DNA from: an uncultured Pelagibacteraceae bacterium
GTDB taxonomy: Bacteria > Pseudomonadota > Alphaproteobacteria > Pelagibacterales > Pelagibacteraceae
DNA: 64,000 nt
Direction: 5' to 3'
NCBI GenBank assembly: GCA_902629695.1
Contig: CACORY010000001.1
Span: 28,566-92,565, forward strand
Program-made: the position numbers and the translations under genes
Shown: piece by piece, positions 40,367-50,900 of the stretch
Layout of the letters: each line of letters starts with the position of its first letter
Position numbering within the stretch: position 1 is the first letter of the stretch
The notes under the pieces: generated by a model
What the model was told of the DNA's origin: nothing
Database searches by the model: none
Seen by the model: only the letters and a program-made list of their open reading frames with translations

Positions 40367-43300
40367 ATGACTGAAAAATTATTAGTTCCAGATATTGGTG
40401 ATTTTGAGAATGTGGAAGTAATTGAAATTTTGGTAAAAGAGGGTCAAGAAATTGAAAAGAATGATCCCGTGGTTACTATTGAAAGTGATAAATCAAGTGT
40501 TGAGGTACCCTCAATATTTTCAGGCAAGGTAGACTCAATAAATGTAAAAGTTGGAGACAAAGTTTCAAAAGGAGATTTATTAATCAATATAATAAATAAG
40601 GTAAAAATTTCAGACCCAACTGAAGAAATTCCCAAAAATACAGAAAATTTGATTAAAGAGGCAGAAAAAGCTTTGGAATTAGAAAAAAAACAAAGACCAA
40701 AGATTGAAAAAATTGAAAAAGAAAAATCTGAAATTCAGTTTTCAAAAGATGATGATATTGATCCATTAGAAACAAGTGAATGGTTGGAGTCTCTATCTGC
40801 TGTTATTGAAAAGGATGGTAATCACAGAGCTCATTATTTAATTAAAGAATTAATTAATAAAGCTTACATGGAAGGTGCCAACATTCCATATACACAAAAT
40901 ACTCCATATATAAATACAATACCCTCAAGCGAGGAAAAAAAATCTAATGGTGATCAAAATATTGAGAGAAGGATAAGGTCATTGATAAGATGGAATGCAG
41001 CTGCAATGGTAGTTAGAGCTAATAAAAAATTTCCAGAACTTGGTGGTCATATTGGAACATTTGCATCTGCAGCAACTCTTTATGATGTTGGAATGAATCA
41101 TTTTTGGAGAGCAAAAAATAATAAATTTGGTGGAGACTTAATTTATTTTCAAGGTCATAGTGCACCAGGTATGTATGCGAGAGCTTATTTAGAGGGAAGG
41201 CTTAGTACAAAACAATTAGATAGTTTTAGACAAGAGGTAAACCCTGGAGGATTATCATCATATCCACATCCTTGGTTAATGCCAAATTTCTGGCAATTCC
41301 CAACTGTTTCAATGGGGCTCGGACCAATGTTGGCTATATATCAAGCAAGGTATATGAAATATTTAATTAACAGAGGCTTAATAAAAGATGAGGGTAGAAA
41401 AGTTTGGTCATTTTTAGGTGACGGAGAAATGGATGAACCGGAGTCTCTTGGTGCTATTGGTTTGGCTGCTAGAGAAAAATTAGATAATTTAATATTTGTT
41501 ATAAATTGTAATTTACAAAGATTAGATGGACCCGTACGTGGCAATGGAAAGATAATCCAAGAATTAGAGGGTATCTTTCGTGGAGCCGGATGGAACGTAA
41601 TTAAAGTAATATGGGGTTCTTATTGGGATCCACTTTTAGCAAATGATAAAACAGGTCATTTAGTCAAAACCATGAATGAAACTGTTGATGGTGAATATCA
41701 AGCTATGAAAGCTCGAAATGGAGCTTATGTGAGAGAAAAATTTTTTGGAAAATATAAAGAAACTCAAGAACTCGTCTCAAGTTTTTCAGATAAAGATATT
41801 TGGAGGTTAAATAGAGGTGGGCATGATCCACATAAAGTTTATGCTGCTTACGATAAAGCATCTAAAAATATTGGTAGTCCAACAGTAATAATTGCTAAAA
41901 CTATTAAAGGTTATGGAATGGGCAAAAGTGGAGAAAGTGTAAATACTACTCACCAAACTAAGAAATTAGATGTTGACGATTTAATGTACTACAGAGATAG
42001 ATTCGATGTTCCTTTAACAGATCAACAAGTAAAAAATATTGAATATTATAAACCAGATCAAAATTCCCCAGAAATAAAATATATCAAAGATAGAAGACTT
42101 CAATTAGGAGGATTTATTCCAGAGAGAACTACATATGCAAAACCAATAAAAGCTCCTCCTAAAGATATTTTTGATAATATGAAGGAGTCAACTGGAAAAA
42201 AGGAAATGTCCACTACCATGGCATTAGTTAGAATGTTAACAAACCTGTTAAGAGATAAAAATGTTGCACCAAGACTAGTCCCTATTATTCCAGATGAAGC
42301 TAGAACTTTTGGTATGGAAGGTTTTTTTCAAAAAGTTGGAATTTATGCACATGAGGGGCAAAAATATGAGCCTGAGGACTCAGCACAATTGAGTTCTTAT
42401 CGAGAAGAAAAAAGTGGGCAAGTTTTAGAGGAAGGTATAACTGAGGCTGGTGCTATGTCTTCTTGGATTGCTGCTGGAACCTCTTACACTAATCATGATA
42501 TTGAAATGATACCTATCTATCTTTTTTATTCTATGTTTGGTTTTCAAAGAATTGGTGATTTTGCATGGGCGGGAGCTGATAGTCAGTCGAGGGGATTCTT
42601 AATTGGTGCGACAGCTGGAAGAACAACTTTAGCTGGAGAGGGGTTACAACACCAAGATGGCCATAGTCATCTTATGGCATCAACAATTCCTAATTGTGTA
42701 GCTTACGATCCGACATTTCATTATGAATTAGCAGTTATTTTTAGAGAAGGATTAAGAAGGATGCATGAAAAGAAAGATAATGTTTTTTACTACATTACAA
42801 CTATGAATGAAAATTATCCTCATCCTGCTATGCCATCGGATAAATCTTGTGAAGATGGAATTTTACGAGGTATGTATAAAATAAAAGAATTTAATAAATT
42901 TAAAAAAACAAAAATTCAATTCTTAGGATCTGGTACAATTTTAAGAGAAATGATTGCAGGTGCAGAAATACTTCAAAATGAATACCAAATAGATAGTGAA
43001 GTTTGGAGCATAACTAGTTTTAATGAATTAAGAAAAGATGGTTTAGAGGTAGAGAGATATAATCTTTTAAATCCAGATAAAGAACAAAAAAAATCTTTTG
43101 TTGAAAAATGCTTAGGTAAAACAGAGGGACCAGTTTTGGCTGCTTCTGATTATATGAGAATGAACTCTGATCAAATTAGACCTTTCGTAAACAAAAGTTT
43201 TTATTCTTTAGGAACAGATGGATTTGGTAGAAGTGATACAAGAAAAAATTTAAGAAAATTTTTTGAAGTAGATAAGGAACATGTTGTAACCTATGGATTG

Positions 43301-43402
43301 AGTGTATTAGCCAAAGAGCAATTAATAGCATCTAAATATGCTACAGAGGCTGTAAAAAAATATAAAATTGATCCAAATAAACCAATGCCAACTAAATTAT
43401 AG
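40367..43402 (+). CDS. aceE: Pyruvate dehydrogenase E1 (homodimeric AceE type) with N-terminal lipoyl domain
   Basis: N-terminal VPDIG...IESDKSSVEVPS; GGHIGTFAS, FPTVSMGLGP, GDGEMDEPES (ThDP motif), GEGLQHQDG. Confidence 0.97.
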   Translation: MTEKLLVPDIGDFENVEVIEILVKEGQEIEKNDPVVTIESDKSSVEVPSIFSGKVDSINVKVGDKVSKGDLLINIINKVKISDPTEEIPKNTENLIKEAEKALELEKKQRPKIEKIEKEKSEIQFSKDDDIDPLETSEWLESLSAVIEKDGNHRAHYLIKELINKAYMEGANIPYTQNTPYINTIPSSEEKKSNGDQNIERRIRSLIRWNAAAMVVRANKKFPELGGHIGTFASAATLYDVGMNHFWRAKNNKFGGDLIYFQGHSAPGMYARAYLEGRLSTKQLDSFRQEVNPGGLSSYPHPWLMPNFWQFPTVSMGLGPMLAIYQARYMKYLINRGLIKDEGRKVWSFLGDGEMDEPESLGAIGLAAREKLDNLIFVINCNLQRLDGPVRGNGKIIQELEGIFRGAGWNVIKVIWGSYWDPLLANDKTGHLVKTMNETVDGEYQAMKARNGAYVREKFFGKYKETQELVSSFSDKDIWRLNRGGHDPHKVYAAYDKASKNIGSPTVIIAKTIKGYGMGKSGESVNTTHQTKKLDVDDLMYYRDRFDVPLTDQQVKNIEYYKPDQNSPEIKYIKDRRLQLGGFIPERTTYAKPIKAPPKDIFDNMKESTGKKEMSTTMALVRMLTNLLRDKNVAPRLVPIIPDEARTFGMEGFFQKVGIYAHEGQKYEPEDSAQLSSYREEKSGQVLEEGITEAGAMSSWIAAGTSYTNHDIEMIPIYLFYSMFGFQRIGDFAWAGADSQSRGFLIGATAGRTTLAGEGLQHQDGHSHLMASTIPNCVAYDPTFHYELAVIFREGLRRMHEKKDNVFYYITTMNENYPHPAMPSDKSCEDGILRGMYKIKEFNKFKKTKIQFLGSGTILREMIAGAEILQNEYQIDSEVWSITSFNELRKDGLEVERYNLLNPDKEQKKSFVEKCLGKTEGPVLAASDYMRMNSDQIRPFVNKSFYSLGTDGFGRSDTRKNLRKFFEVDKEHVVTYGLSVLAKEQLIASKYATEAVKKYKIDPNKPMPTKL

Positions 43403-43403
43403 A

Positions 43404-44666
43404 ATGTCAAAAAAAAATATTCAAGTTCCTAATATTGGTGAATTTAAAGATGTAGAAGTTATTGAGGTTTTAATCAAAGATGGACAAGAAATTCAGAAGA
43501 ATGATCCTCTCATTACTATCGAAAGTGATAAATCTAGTGTAGAAATCCCCTCAACAGAAAGTGGAATAGTTTCTTCATTAAAAGTAAAAATTGGTGACAA
43601 GGTTTCTGAAGGCTCTGATATTTTAGAATTAGAGATTAAAGAGAAAGAAATTGAAAAAAAACTCTCAAACCCGCAACCAAAAATAATTAATAAAGAAAAA
43701 AAAGTAGAGGTTGAACAAAAATCTAATCCTCAAAACCTAATAGTAAAAGACTTCTCAGGAAAAACTGCAGCATCACCGAAAGTAAGAAAATTTGCAAGGG
43801 AATTAGGTGTAGATATTGATCGTGTGGACGGTAGTCAACGTCAAGGTAGGGTTAGTGAAAATGATATTAAGTTATTTGTGGCATCAAAAACATATGAAAT
43901 TCCAAAACCTGAAATTAAAAACAATAAAAAACTTAAACAAGAATACGCACACTCTGATTTTGGGGAAGTAGAAATTAAGGATATCCCAAGGATTAAGAAA
44001 CTTTCATCAAAATATTTAATGAATTCATGGACCAACATTCCTCATGTGACCAATCATGATGAAGCAGATATAACTGAATTAGAGGAATTTAGAACATCTT
44101 TAACCGATATATACACAGGCGAAAAAAAAAAAATTACACCTTTAGCCTTTATTGTTAGAGCTTTAACCGCTTCATTAAAAAAATTTCCAAATTTTAATAG
44201 TTCAATCGATGAAATTGATGAGGGTAAAATGACGGTAAAAAAATATTACCATATTGGTATTGCTGTAGATACACCTAATGGTTTAATGGTTCCTAAACTT
44301 AGAAATGCTGATAATAAAAATTTAAATATTATAAGTTCGGAACTAAAAAAATTAAGTGATCAATGTAGAAATCTTAAAATTGATAAAAAAGAATTATTCG
44401 GTGGTTCAATGACAATAACAAGTTTAGGCGGAATTGGAGGTTCTTTTTTTACACCAATTATAAATTTTCCTGAAGTTGCAATTTTGGGTGTAGGAAAATC
44501 TGAAAAAAAGCAAATCTTTTTGGACGGTAAATTTGTAACAAGAGTAATTTTACCTTTGTCTTTATCTTACGACCATAGAATAATTGATGGAGCTGAGGCA
44601 GCTCGTTTTAATAATGATTTAAAAGAAAATTTAGGTAAAAATTTTGCTTATAAGTTAGCTGTTTAA
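43404..44666 (+). CDS. aceF: Dihydrolipoamide acetyltransferase E2
   Basis: One lipoyl domain (ESDKSS), ASPKVRKFARELG subunit-binding domain, DHRIIDG; start at ATG 43404. Confidence 0.95.
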   Translation: MSKKNIQVPNIGEFKDVEVIEVLIKDGQEIQKNDPLITIESDKSSVEIPSTESGIVSSLKVKIGDKVSEGSDILELEIKEKEIEKKLSNPQPKIINKEKKVEVEQKSNPQNLIVKDFSGKTAASPKVRKFARELGVDIDRVDGSQRQGRVSENDIKLFVASKTYEIPKPEIKNNKKLKQEYAHSDFGEVEIKDIPRIKKLSSKYLMNSWTNIPHVTNHDEADITELEEFRTSLTDIYTGEKKKITPLAFIVRALTASLKKFPNFNSSIDEIDEGKMTVKKYYHIGIAVDTPNGLMVPKLRNADNKNLNIISSELKKLSDQCRNLKIDKKELFGGSMTITSLGGIGGSFFTPIINFPEVAILGVGKSEKKQIFLDGKFVTRVILPLSLSYDHRIIDGAEAARFNNDLKENLGKNFAYKLAV

Positions 44667-44674
44667 TCCAAATT

Positions 44675-45565
44675 ATGTCAAAAACTACATCACTTTTTAG
44701 CGCTTTACTTTGCACGTTTATTTGGGGGACTACATTTATTGCTCAGGATACTGGCATGGATGATATAGGCCCTTTTACTTTTAATGCGGTAAGATTTTTT
44801 GTTGGATTTTTAGCTATTATTCCTTTGGCAATTTTATTTGAAGTAAAAAAATTTAGATTAGAGTTTAAAATAGATTTAAAAACTTTTTTAGTTCTTTCGT
44901 TTTTAATTGGAGTATCACTTTTTTTGGGTTCGGCATTACAACAAGTTGCACTACTTTATACAGATGTCGCTAATGCCGCCTTTTTTACAATTTTTTACGT
45001 ACCTATGGTTCCAATAATAATTTATTTTTATAGGAGGAAATCTCTACATTGGAGTGTGTGGCCATCAGTAATATTGTGTCTGATTGGAGGATATTTATTG
45101 ACAAATTTTCAGGATGCAACTGTAAGACTTGGAGATAGTTTAGTAATTCTTGGTGCTTTATTCTGGAGTTCACATATTATTTTTACGGGTATAATTGTTA
45201 CTAAATATAATTTACCTTTAACATTAGGAGCTATTCAAACTTTAATAGTTGCTTTGCTTTCATTTATAATCGGGCTCATCTATGAAGAGTTTGTAATCAG
45301 AAATATTATGAATGAAATTGATTCAATCTTGTATGCTGGAATTTTATCTGGTGGATTTGCTTTTGTATTACAGATTTATGCCCAAAAAAATATCACACCA
45401 GCTCCAGCAGCAATAATTTTTTCCTTAGAAGGAGTATTTGCAACAATAGCAGCATGGTTCTTATTAAATCAGTTATTGGGAATTAATAATCTTTTAGGTT
45501 GCTTTTTTATATTATGTGGAGTTTTATTATCTCAATTATTACCATTAATGAAAAAAACAATTTAG
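44675..45565 (+). CDS. DMT/EamA family transporter
   Basis: IWGTTF, 10 TM helices, AAIIFSLEGVFA. Confidence 0.88.
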   Translation: MSKTTSLFSALLCTFIWGTTFIAQDTGMDDIGPFTFNAVRFFVGFLAIIPLAILFEVKKFRLEFKIDLKTFLVLSFLIGVSLFLGSALQQVALLYTDVANAAFFTIFYVPMVPIIIYFYRRKSLHWSVWPSVILCLIGGYLLTNFQDATVRLGDSLVILGALFWSSHIIFTGIIVTKYNLPLTLGAIQTLIVALLSFIIGLIYEEFVIRNIMNEIDSILYAGILSGGFAFVLQIYAQKNITPAPAAIIFSLEGVFATIAAWFLLNQLLGINNLLGCFFILCGVLLSQLLPLMKKTI

Positions 45566-46329
45566 AGATATATTATCAAAAGTAAAATTATTCCTAAAAA
45601 AACTCTATAGATTACGAAAATATTTAAAGAAAAATTATTCACATATTTTAAAAAGTATTTAACTGTTATGAACGAAAATAAAAAAGATAAAACAATTGCA
45701 ATAATTGATAAATAACTTATCTCTAAAGTTTCTTTAAATGCATCTGTGATACCAATTGAACTTGCACCAATTAAAGCTGGGATTGATAACAAAAAAGATA
45801 TCTTAGTCGAGTCTACTCTATTGAAATTTAGAAACCGGGCAGCGGTTATCGTAATTCCTGCTCTGCTAACACCAGGAATTAGAGCTAGAATTTGAAATAT
45901 CCCAATGAATATAATTGACTTTAAATTTAGGTTTTTAGATATATTTTTTTCTGTTTTGCCTTGATCTGAAAAATAAAGAATTAAACCAAAAAATAATGTT
46001 GTCCAAGCAATGATTTCTACATTTCTAACGAAATATATAAGATCACTAGAATGAAGTATGTATCCAAATATCATTAATGGAATTGAACCAACTATAATTA
46101 ATCCTAAAAGTTTTTTATTATTCTTGAGATCAAATAGATCTTTTTTAAAATAAAACATGATTGCAAACAAAGAACCTAAATGCAGGCTAATATCTATTAA
46201 TAAAGAGCTTGTTTTAAAATCATAGAAATTTGAAATTAAAATTAAATGTGCAGAGGAGCTTATTGGTAAAAATTCAGATATACCTTGTATTGCAGAGAGA
46301 ATAAGAATTTCTATAAAATCTTGAAACAT
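45562..46329 (-). CDS. uppP: Undecaprenyl-diphosphate phosphatase
   Basis: QGISEFLPISSSAHL, ALIPGVSRAGIT, SFLLSIP. Confidence 0.96.
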   Translation of the reverse strand: MFQDFIEILILSAIQGISEFLPISSSAHLILISNFYDFKTSSLLIDISLHLGSLFAIMFYFKKDLFDLKNNKKLLGLIIVGSIPLMIFGYILHSSDLIYFVRNVEIIAWTTLFFGLILYFSDQGKTEKNISKNLNLKSIIFIGIFQILALIPGVSRAGITITAARFLNFNRVDSTKISFLLSIPALIGASSIGITDAFKETLEISYLSIIAIVLSFLFSFITVKYFLKYVNNFSLNIFVIYRVFLGIILLLIIYL

Positions 46330-46433
46330 TAAAGTGTCGTAACTTAAAAAATATGTATTTTAAACAATTCGATTTAATCATATTAGGTATGCAAAAATTA
46401 AATTTTATATATTTTTAGCTTAATATTAATAAT

Positions 46434-46458
46434 TTTAGGTCAAATTTACTGACCTAAA
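46434..46458. promoter_or_regulatory. Perfect 9-bp inverted repeat (operator-like) upstream of gltD
   Basis: TTTAGGTCA-N7-TGACCTAAA in a divergent intergenic region. Confidence 0.5.
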
Positions 46459-46511
46459 TAATCCTTTTAATAATAAAAACAATATATAATTTGCCGTAAA
46501 TTTTAAAATAT

Positions 46512-47951
46512 ATGACTGATAAAATGCTAAAATTTGTAAATATAGGTCAGCAAAATCCACCTAAAAGAGATGTTGGAAATAGGAAAGATGATTTTAATGA
46601 AATATATGATGATTTTATCACTAAGAAAGCTGAGGAGCAGTCAAGTAGATGTTCTCAATGTGGTGTCCCTTTTTGTCAAGTTCATTGCCCCTTGAGCAAC
46701 AATATACCTGATTGGTTAAAACTGACTGCTGAGGGAAGATTAAAAGAAGCATACGAATTATCTCAAAGTACTAACAATATGCCAGAAGTTTGTGGAAGAA
46801 TATGTCCACAAGATAGATTGTGTGAAGGAAATTGCGTCATAGAGCAATCAGGACACGGAACAGTAACCATTGGCTCAGTGGAAAAATATATAACTGATAA
46901 TGCTTGGGAAAAAGGTTGGATTAAACCAATTTCAGTTAATCATGAAAAAGATCAAAGTGTGGGAATAATTGGTGCTGGTCCAGCTGGTTTGGCAGCTGCT
47001 GAACAATTAAGGAAGAGTGGATATAAAATTACTGTTTATGATCGTTACGATCGAGCGGGAGGATTACTGATTTATGGTATTCCAAATTTCAAATTAGAAA
47101 AACATGTTGTAGAAAGAAGAACAAAATTACTCAAAGAAGGTGGTATTGAATTTATTCAAAATTTTGAAGTTGGTAAAGATGCAACTCTTGATCAACTCAG
47201 AAAAAAACATGATGCAATTTTAATTGCAACAGGAGTATATAAACCCAGAGAAGTGAACTTACCTGGAAATGATTTAGAAAATATTTTTCCTGCTATGGAA
47301 TTTTTAACAGCGTCAAATAAAAAAGGTCTAGGTGATGATGTAGAATTGTTTGATAACGGAACATTAAATGCAGAAGGAAAAGATGTTGTTGTAATAGGTG
47401 GTGGTGATACAGCAATGGACTGTGTAAGAACATCTGTGAGACAAAAAGCAAAATCTGTTAAATGTCTTTACAGGAGGGATAAAGAAAATATGCCTGGATC
47501 TGCTAGAGAAGTCTCAAATGCAGAGGAAGAAGGTGTGGAATTTGTTTGGTTATCAAGTCCTAAAGAATTTAAAGGAAAAAATAAAATTGAAAATCTAGTA
47601 GTTAATAAAATAAGATTAGGTGAACCAGATGAAACTGGAAGAAGAAGACCAGAAATCAAAGAGGGAGCAGATTTTGAAATAAAGACAGATATGGTAATTA
47701 AGGCCCTAGGATTTGATCCAGAAGATTTACCATTATTATTCGACTCTCAGGATTTGCAAGTCACTAAATGGGGAACTTTGAAAACTGACTTTGATACAAT
47801 GGAAACTAACTTAAGGGGAGTTTTTGCTGCTGGAGATATAGTAAGAGGTGCATCTTTAGTTGTTTGGGCAATTAAAGATGGTCGAGATGCAGCCTCTTCA
47901 ATTAAGACTTACTTAGAAAATATCGAATTTAAAAAGAATAAAGTTGCATAA
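46512..47951 (+). CDS. gltD: Glutamate synthase small subunit
   Basis: RCSQCGVPFCQVHCP, GRICPQDRLCEGNC, GAGPAG, GGGDTAMD. Confidence 0.97.
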   Translation: MTDKMLKFVNIGQQNPPKRDVGNRKDDFNEIYDDFITKKAEEQSSRCSQCGVPFCQVHCPLSNNIPDWLKLTAEGRLKEAYELSQSTNNMPEVCGRICPQDRLCEGNCVIEQSGHGTVTIGSVEKYITDNAWEKGWIKPISVNHEKDQSVGIIGAGPAGLAAAEQLRKSGYKITVYDRYDRAGGLLIYGIPNFKLEKHVVERRTKLLKEGGIEFIQNFEVGKDATLDQLRKKHDAILIATGVYKPREVNLPGNDLENIFPAMEFLTASNKKGLGDDVELFDNGTLNAEGKDVVVIGGGDTAMDCVRTSVRQKAKSVKCLYRRDKENMPGSAREVSNAEEEGVEFVWLSSPKEFKGKNKIENLVVNKIRLGEPDETGRRRPEIKEGADFEIKTDMVIKALGFDPEDLPLLFDSQDLQVTKWGTLKTDFDTMETNLRGVFAAGDIVRGASLVVWAIKDGRDAASSIKTYLENIEFKKNKVA

Positions 47952-50900
47952 TGCTAAATTATAAAAAAAACTTGGAATTACTAACAAGAAATCATGTTTA
48001 CTCTAAGGAAATGGAGCATGATGCATGTGGCGTAGGATTAATTGCATCCACTGAAGGAAAAAAATCTAGAGCAGTTGTTGAATACGGTATTGAGGCATTA
48101 AAAGCTGTTTGGCATCGAGGAGCTGTTGATGCAGATGGAAAGACAGGAGATGGAGCAGGGATTCATGTAGAAATACCAAAAGATTTTTTCATAGAAAAAA
48201 TAGAGGTTACTGGCCATGATTATGATAATTCTGAAATTTGTGTAGGTATGATTTTTTTACCAAGAAATGATTACTCTGCACAAGAGAGTTGTAAGACAAT
48301 TGTAGAGAGTGAGCTTACAAAAAATAACTTTAGCATTTATGGTTGGAGACAAGTACCAGTTAATTCTAAAGTTTTAGGAGAAAAAGCCTTTCAAACAATG
48401 CCAGAGATTATTCAGGTATTGTTTAAATCAAATGATCAAAATTTACTTGATAAAAATTTAGAAAGAAAAATTTATGAGACAAGAAAAAAAATTGAAAACA
48501 AAGCTTTTAATTTATCTCTAAATAATTTTTATGTTAGCTCTATAAGCTCAAAATCAATTATTTATAAAGGAATGTTTTTAGCTGAAGCTATCTCTGATTT
48601 TTACTTAGACTTAAAAGACAAAAGGTTCATTTCAAGATACGCAATTTTTCATCAAAGATTTTCAACAAATACAGCACCAAGCTGGAGTTTGGCTCAACCA
48701 TTTAGAGCAGTAGCACATAATGGTGAGATTAATACATATAAGGGAAACAAAAATTGGATGAAAGTTCATGAGCAAGAAATGAGCAGTCCTCTTTTTGATG
48801 ATGTAGATAATCTAAAACCAGTAATTCAAAAGGGTGTTTCAGACTCAGCAGCATTAGATAATGTTTTTGAATTATTAAATAAATCTGGACAACCTGCCCC
48901 ATTAGCCAAATTAATGTTAATCCCAGATGCTTGGTCAAAAAAAAATAAAACATTACCCAAAAGTCATCAACAATTGTTTAATTTTCTAAATAGCACTATG
49001 GAACCTTGGGATGGACCTGCAGCAATTGCTGCAACTGATAATGAGTGGGTAATTGCAGCAAATGATAGAAATGGATTGCGACCTCTGAGATATGCAATCA
49101 CGAAAGACAAACTTCTTTTTGCAGGTTCAGAGACAGGGATGATAGAACTTAATGAAAAAAAAATTTTGTCAAAAGGAAGACTTGGTCCAGGTGAAATTAT
49201 TGGTGTAAGAATTGAAAAAGGTAAAGTTTTTTCTAATGATCAAATTAAAGACTACTTAGCTAAGGAGTATAAACATTTTAATTCTCAAATAATCGATTTA
49301 GATGAAAAATTAGTTATCTCAAATGAGAAAAATAATTTTGAGGGAGAAGATCTTAGAAGAAGACAACACACATTTGGGATTAGTATAGAAGATTTAGAGT
49401 TAATTTTACACCCAATGGCAGAGGATGCTAAAGAGGCTATTGGTTCAATGGGAGATGACACTCCTTTAGCAGTGCTATCAGACAAATATAGACCTCTTTA
49501 TCATTTTTTTAGACAAAATTTTAGTCAAGTTACAAATCCACCTATCGACTCATTAAGAGAAAATAAAGTTATGAGTTTAAAAACAAGATTTGGAAATTTA
49601 GGCAATATATTAGATTTTGATACTTTAACTAAAGAAAATATTTATGTTTTGAATAGTCCAATATTATCTAATTCACAATTTAATAAATTTATAAACTTTT
49701 TTGGTAAAAACTCAGTATTAATTGAATGTACATTCTCTCATAAAGAAAATTTATTTAATTCTATTAAAAGAATTCAAAAAGAAGCTGAAATTGCTGTTCG
49801 TCAAGGTGCTACCCAATTGATTTTAAGTGATAAAGAAATCTCTCTAGATAAATTGCCAATGCCAATGTTATTGTGCGTAGGTGCAATTAATACTTTTTTA
49901 ATAGAAAAAAAATTAAGAGGATATGTTTCAATTAATGTACAGTCCGGGGAGGCTCTTGACACACATTCTTTTGCTACCTTGATAGGAGTAGGTGCAACAA
50001 CTATAAATCCTTATCTAGCTTTTGATAGTTTGTACCAAAGACATGAAAAAAAATTATTTGGTCAATTTAGTTTTGATGATTGTGTATCGAGGTATATAAA
50101 ATCTGTAAATGCTGGTTTACTTAAGATAATGTCTAAAATGGGAATTTCTGTTTTAAGTTCTTATAGAGGTGGGTGTAATTTTGAAACAGTAGGTTTGAGC
50201 AGAACAATAGTTAATGAATATTTTCCAGGTGTAACTTCTAAAATTTCAGGAATTGGATTGATGGGTATTGAAAAAAAGATACATCAAATTCACGAGGAGG
50301 CATTTAAAAGTACGGATAATGTTTTACCTATTGGTGGTATTTATAGATATAGAAAAAATGGTGAAACACACCAATACCAAGGTAGATTAATTCATTTGCT
50401 ACAAAGTGCTGTAGGATCCAACTCATATTCAGCTTATAAGAAGTATGTTGAAGGAATATATAATTTACCACCAATAAATCTAAGAGATTTAATTGATTTT
50501 AGAAAAAAAAAACTTGGACCACAAATAGATATTTCTGAAGTTGAACCGATTGAAAAAATTTTAAAAAGATTTGGAAGTGGAAGTATGTCTCACGGAGCAT
50601 TATCAAAAGAGGCGCATGAAACATTGGCTATTGGTATGAATAGAATAAAAGGTGCTTCATGTAGTGGAGAAGGTGGAGAAGACGAAAGTCGGTTTAAAAT
50701 AATGAGTGATGGAGATAGTGCAAATTCTAGAGTGAAACAAATTGCTTCAGCAAGATTTGGAGTGACAGTAAATTACTTAAATAATTGTAACGAGATTGAA
50801 ATTAAGATTGCACAAGGAGCAAAACCAGGCGAAGGAGGACAATTACCTGGTTTTAAAGTTACAGAGGAAATAGCTAAATTAAGACATTCAACGCCAGGTG

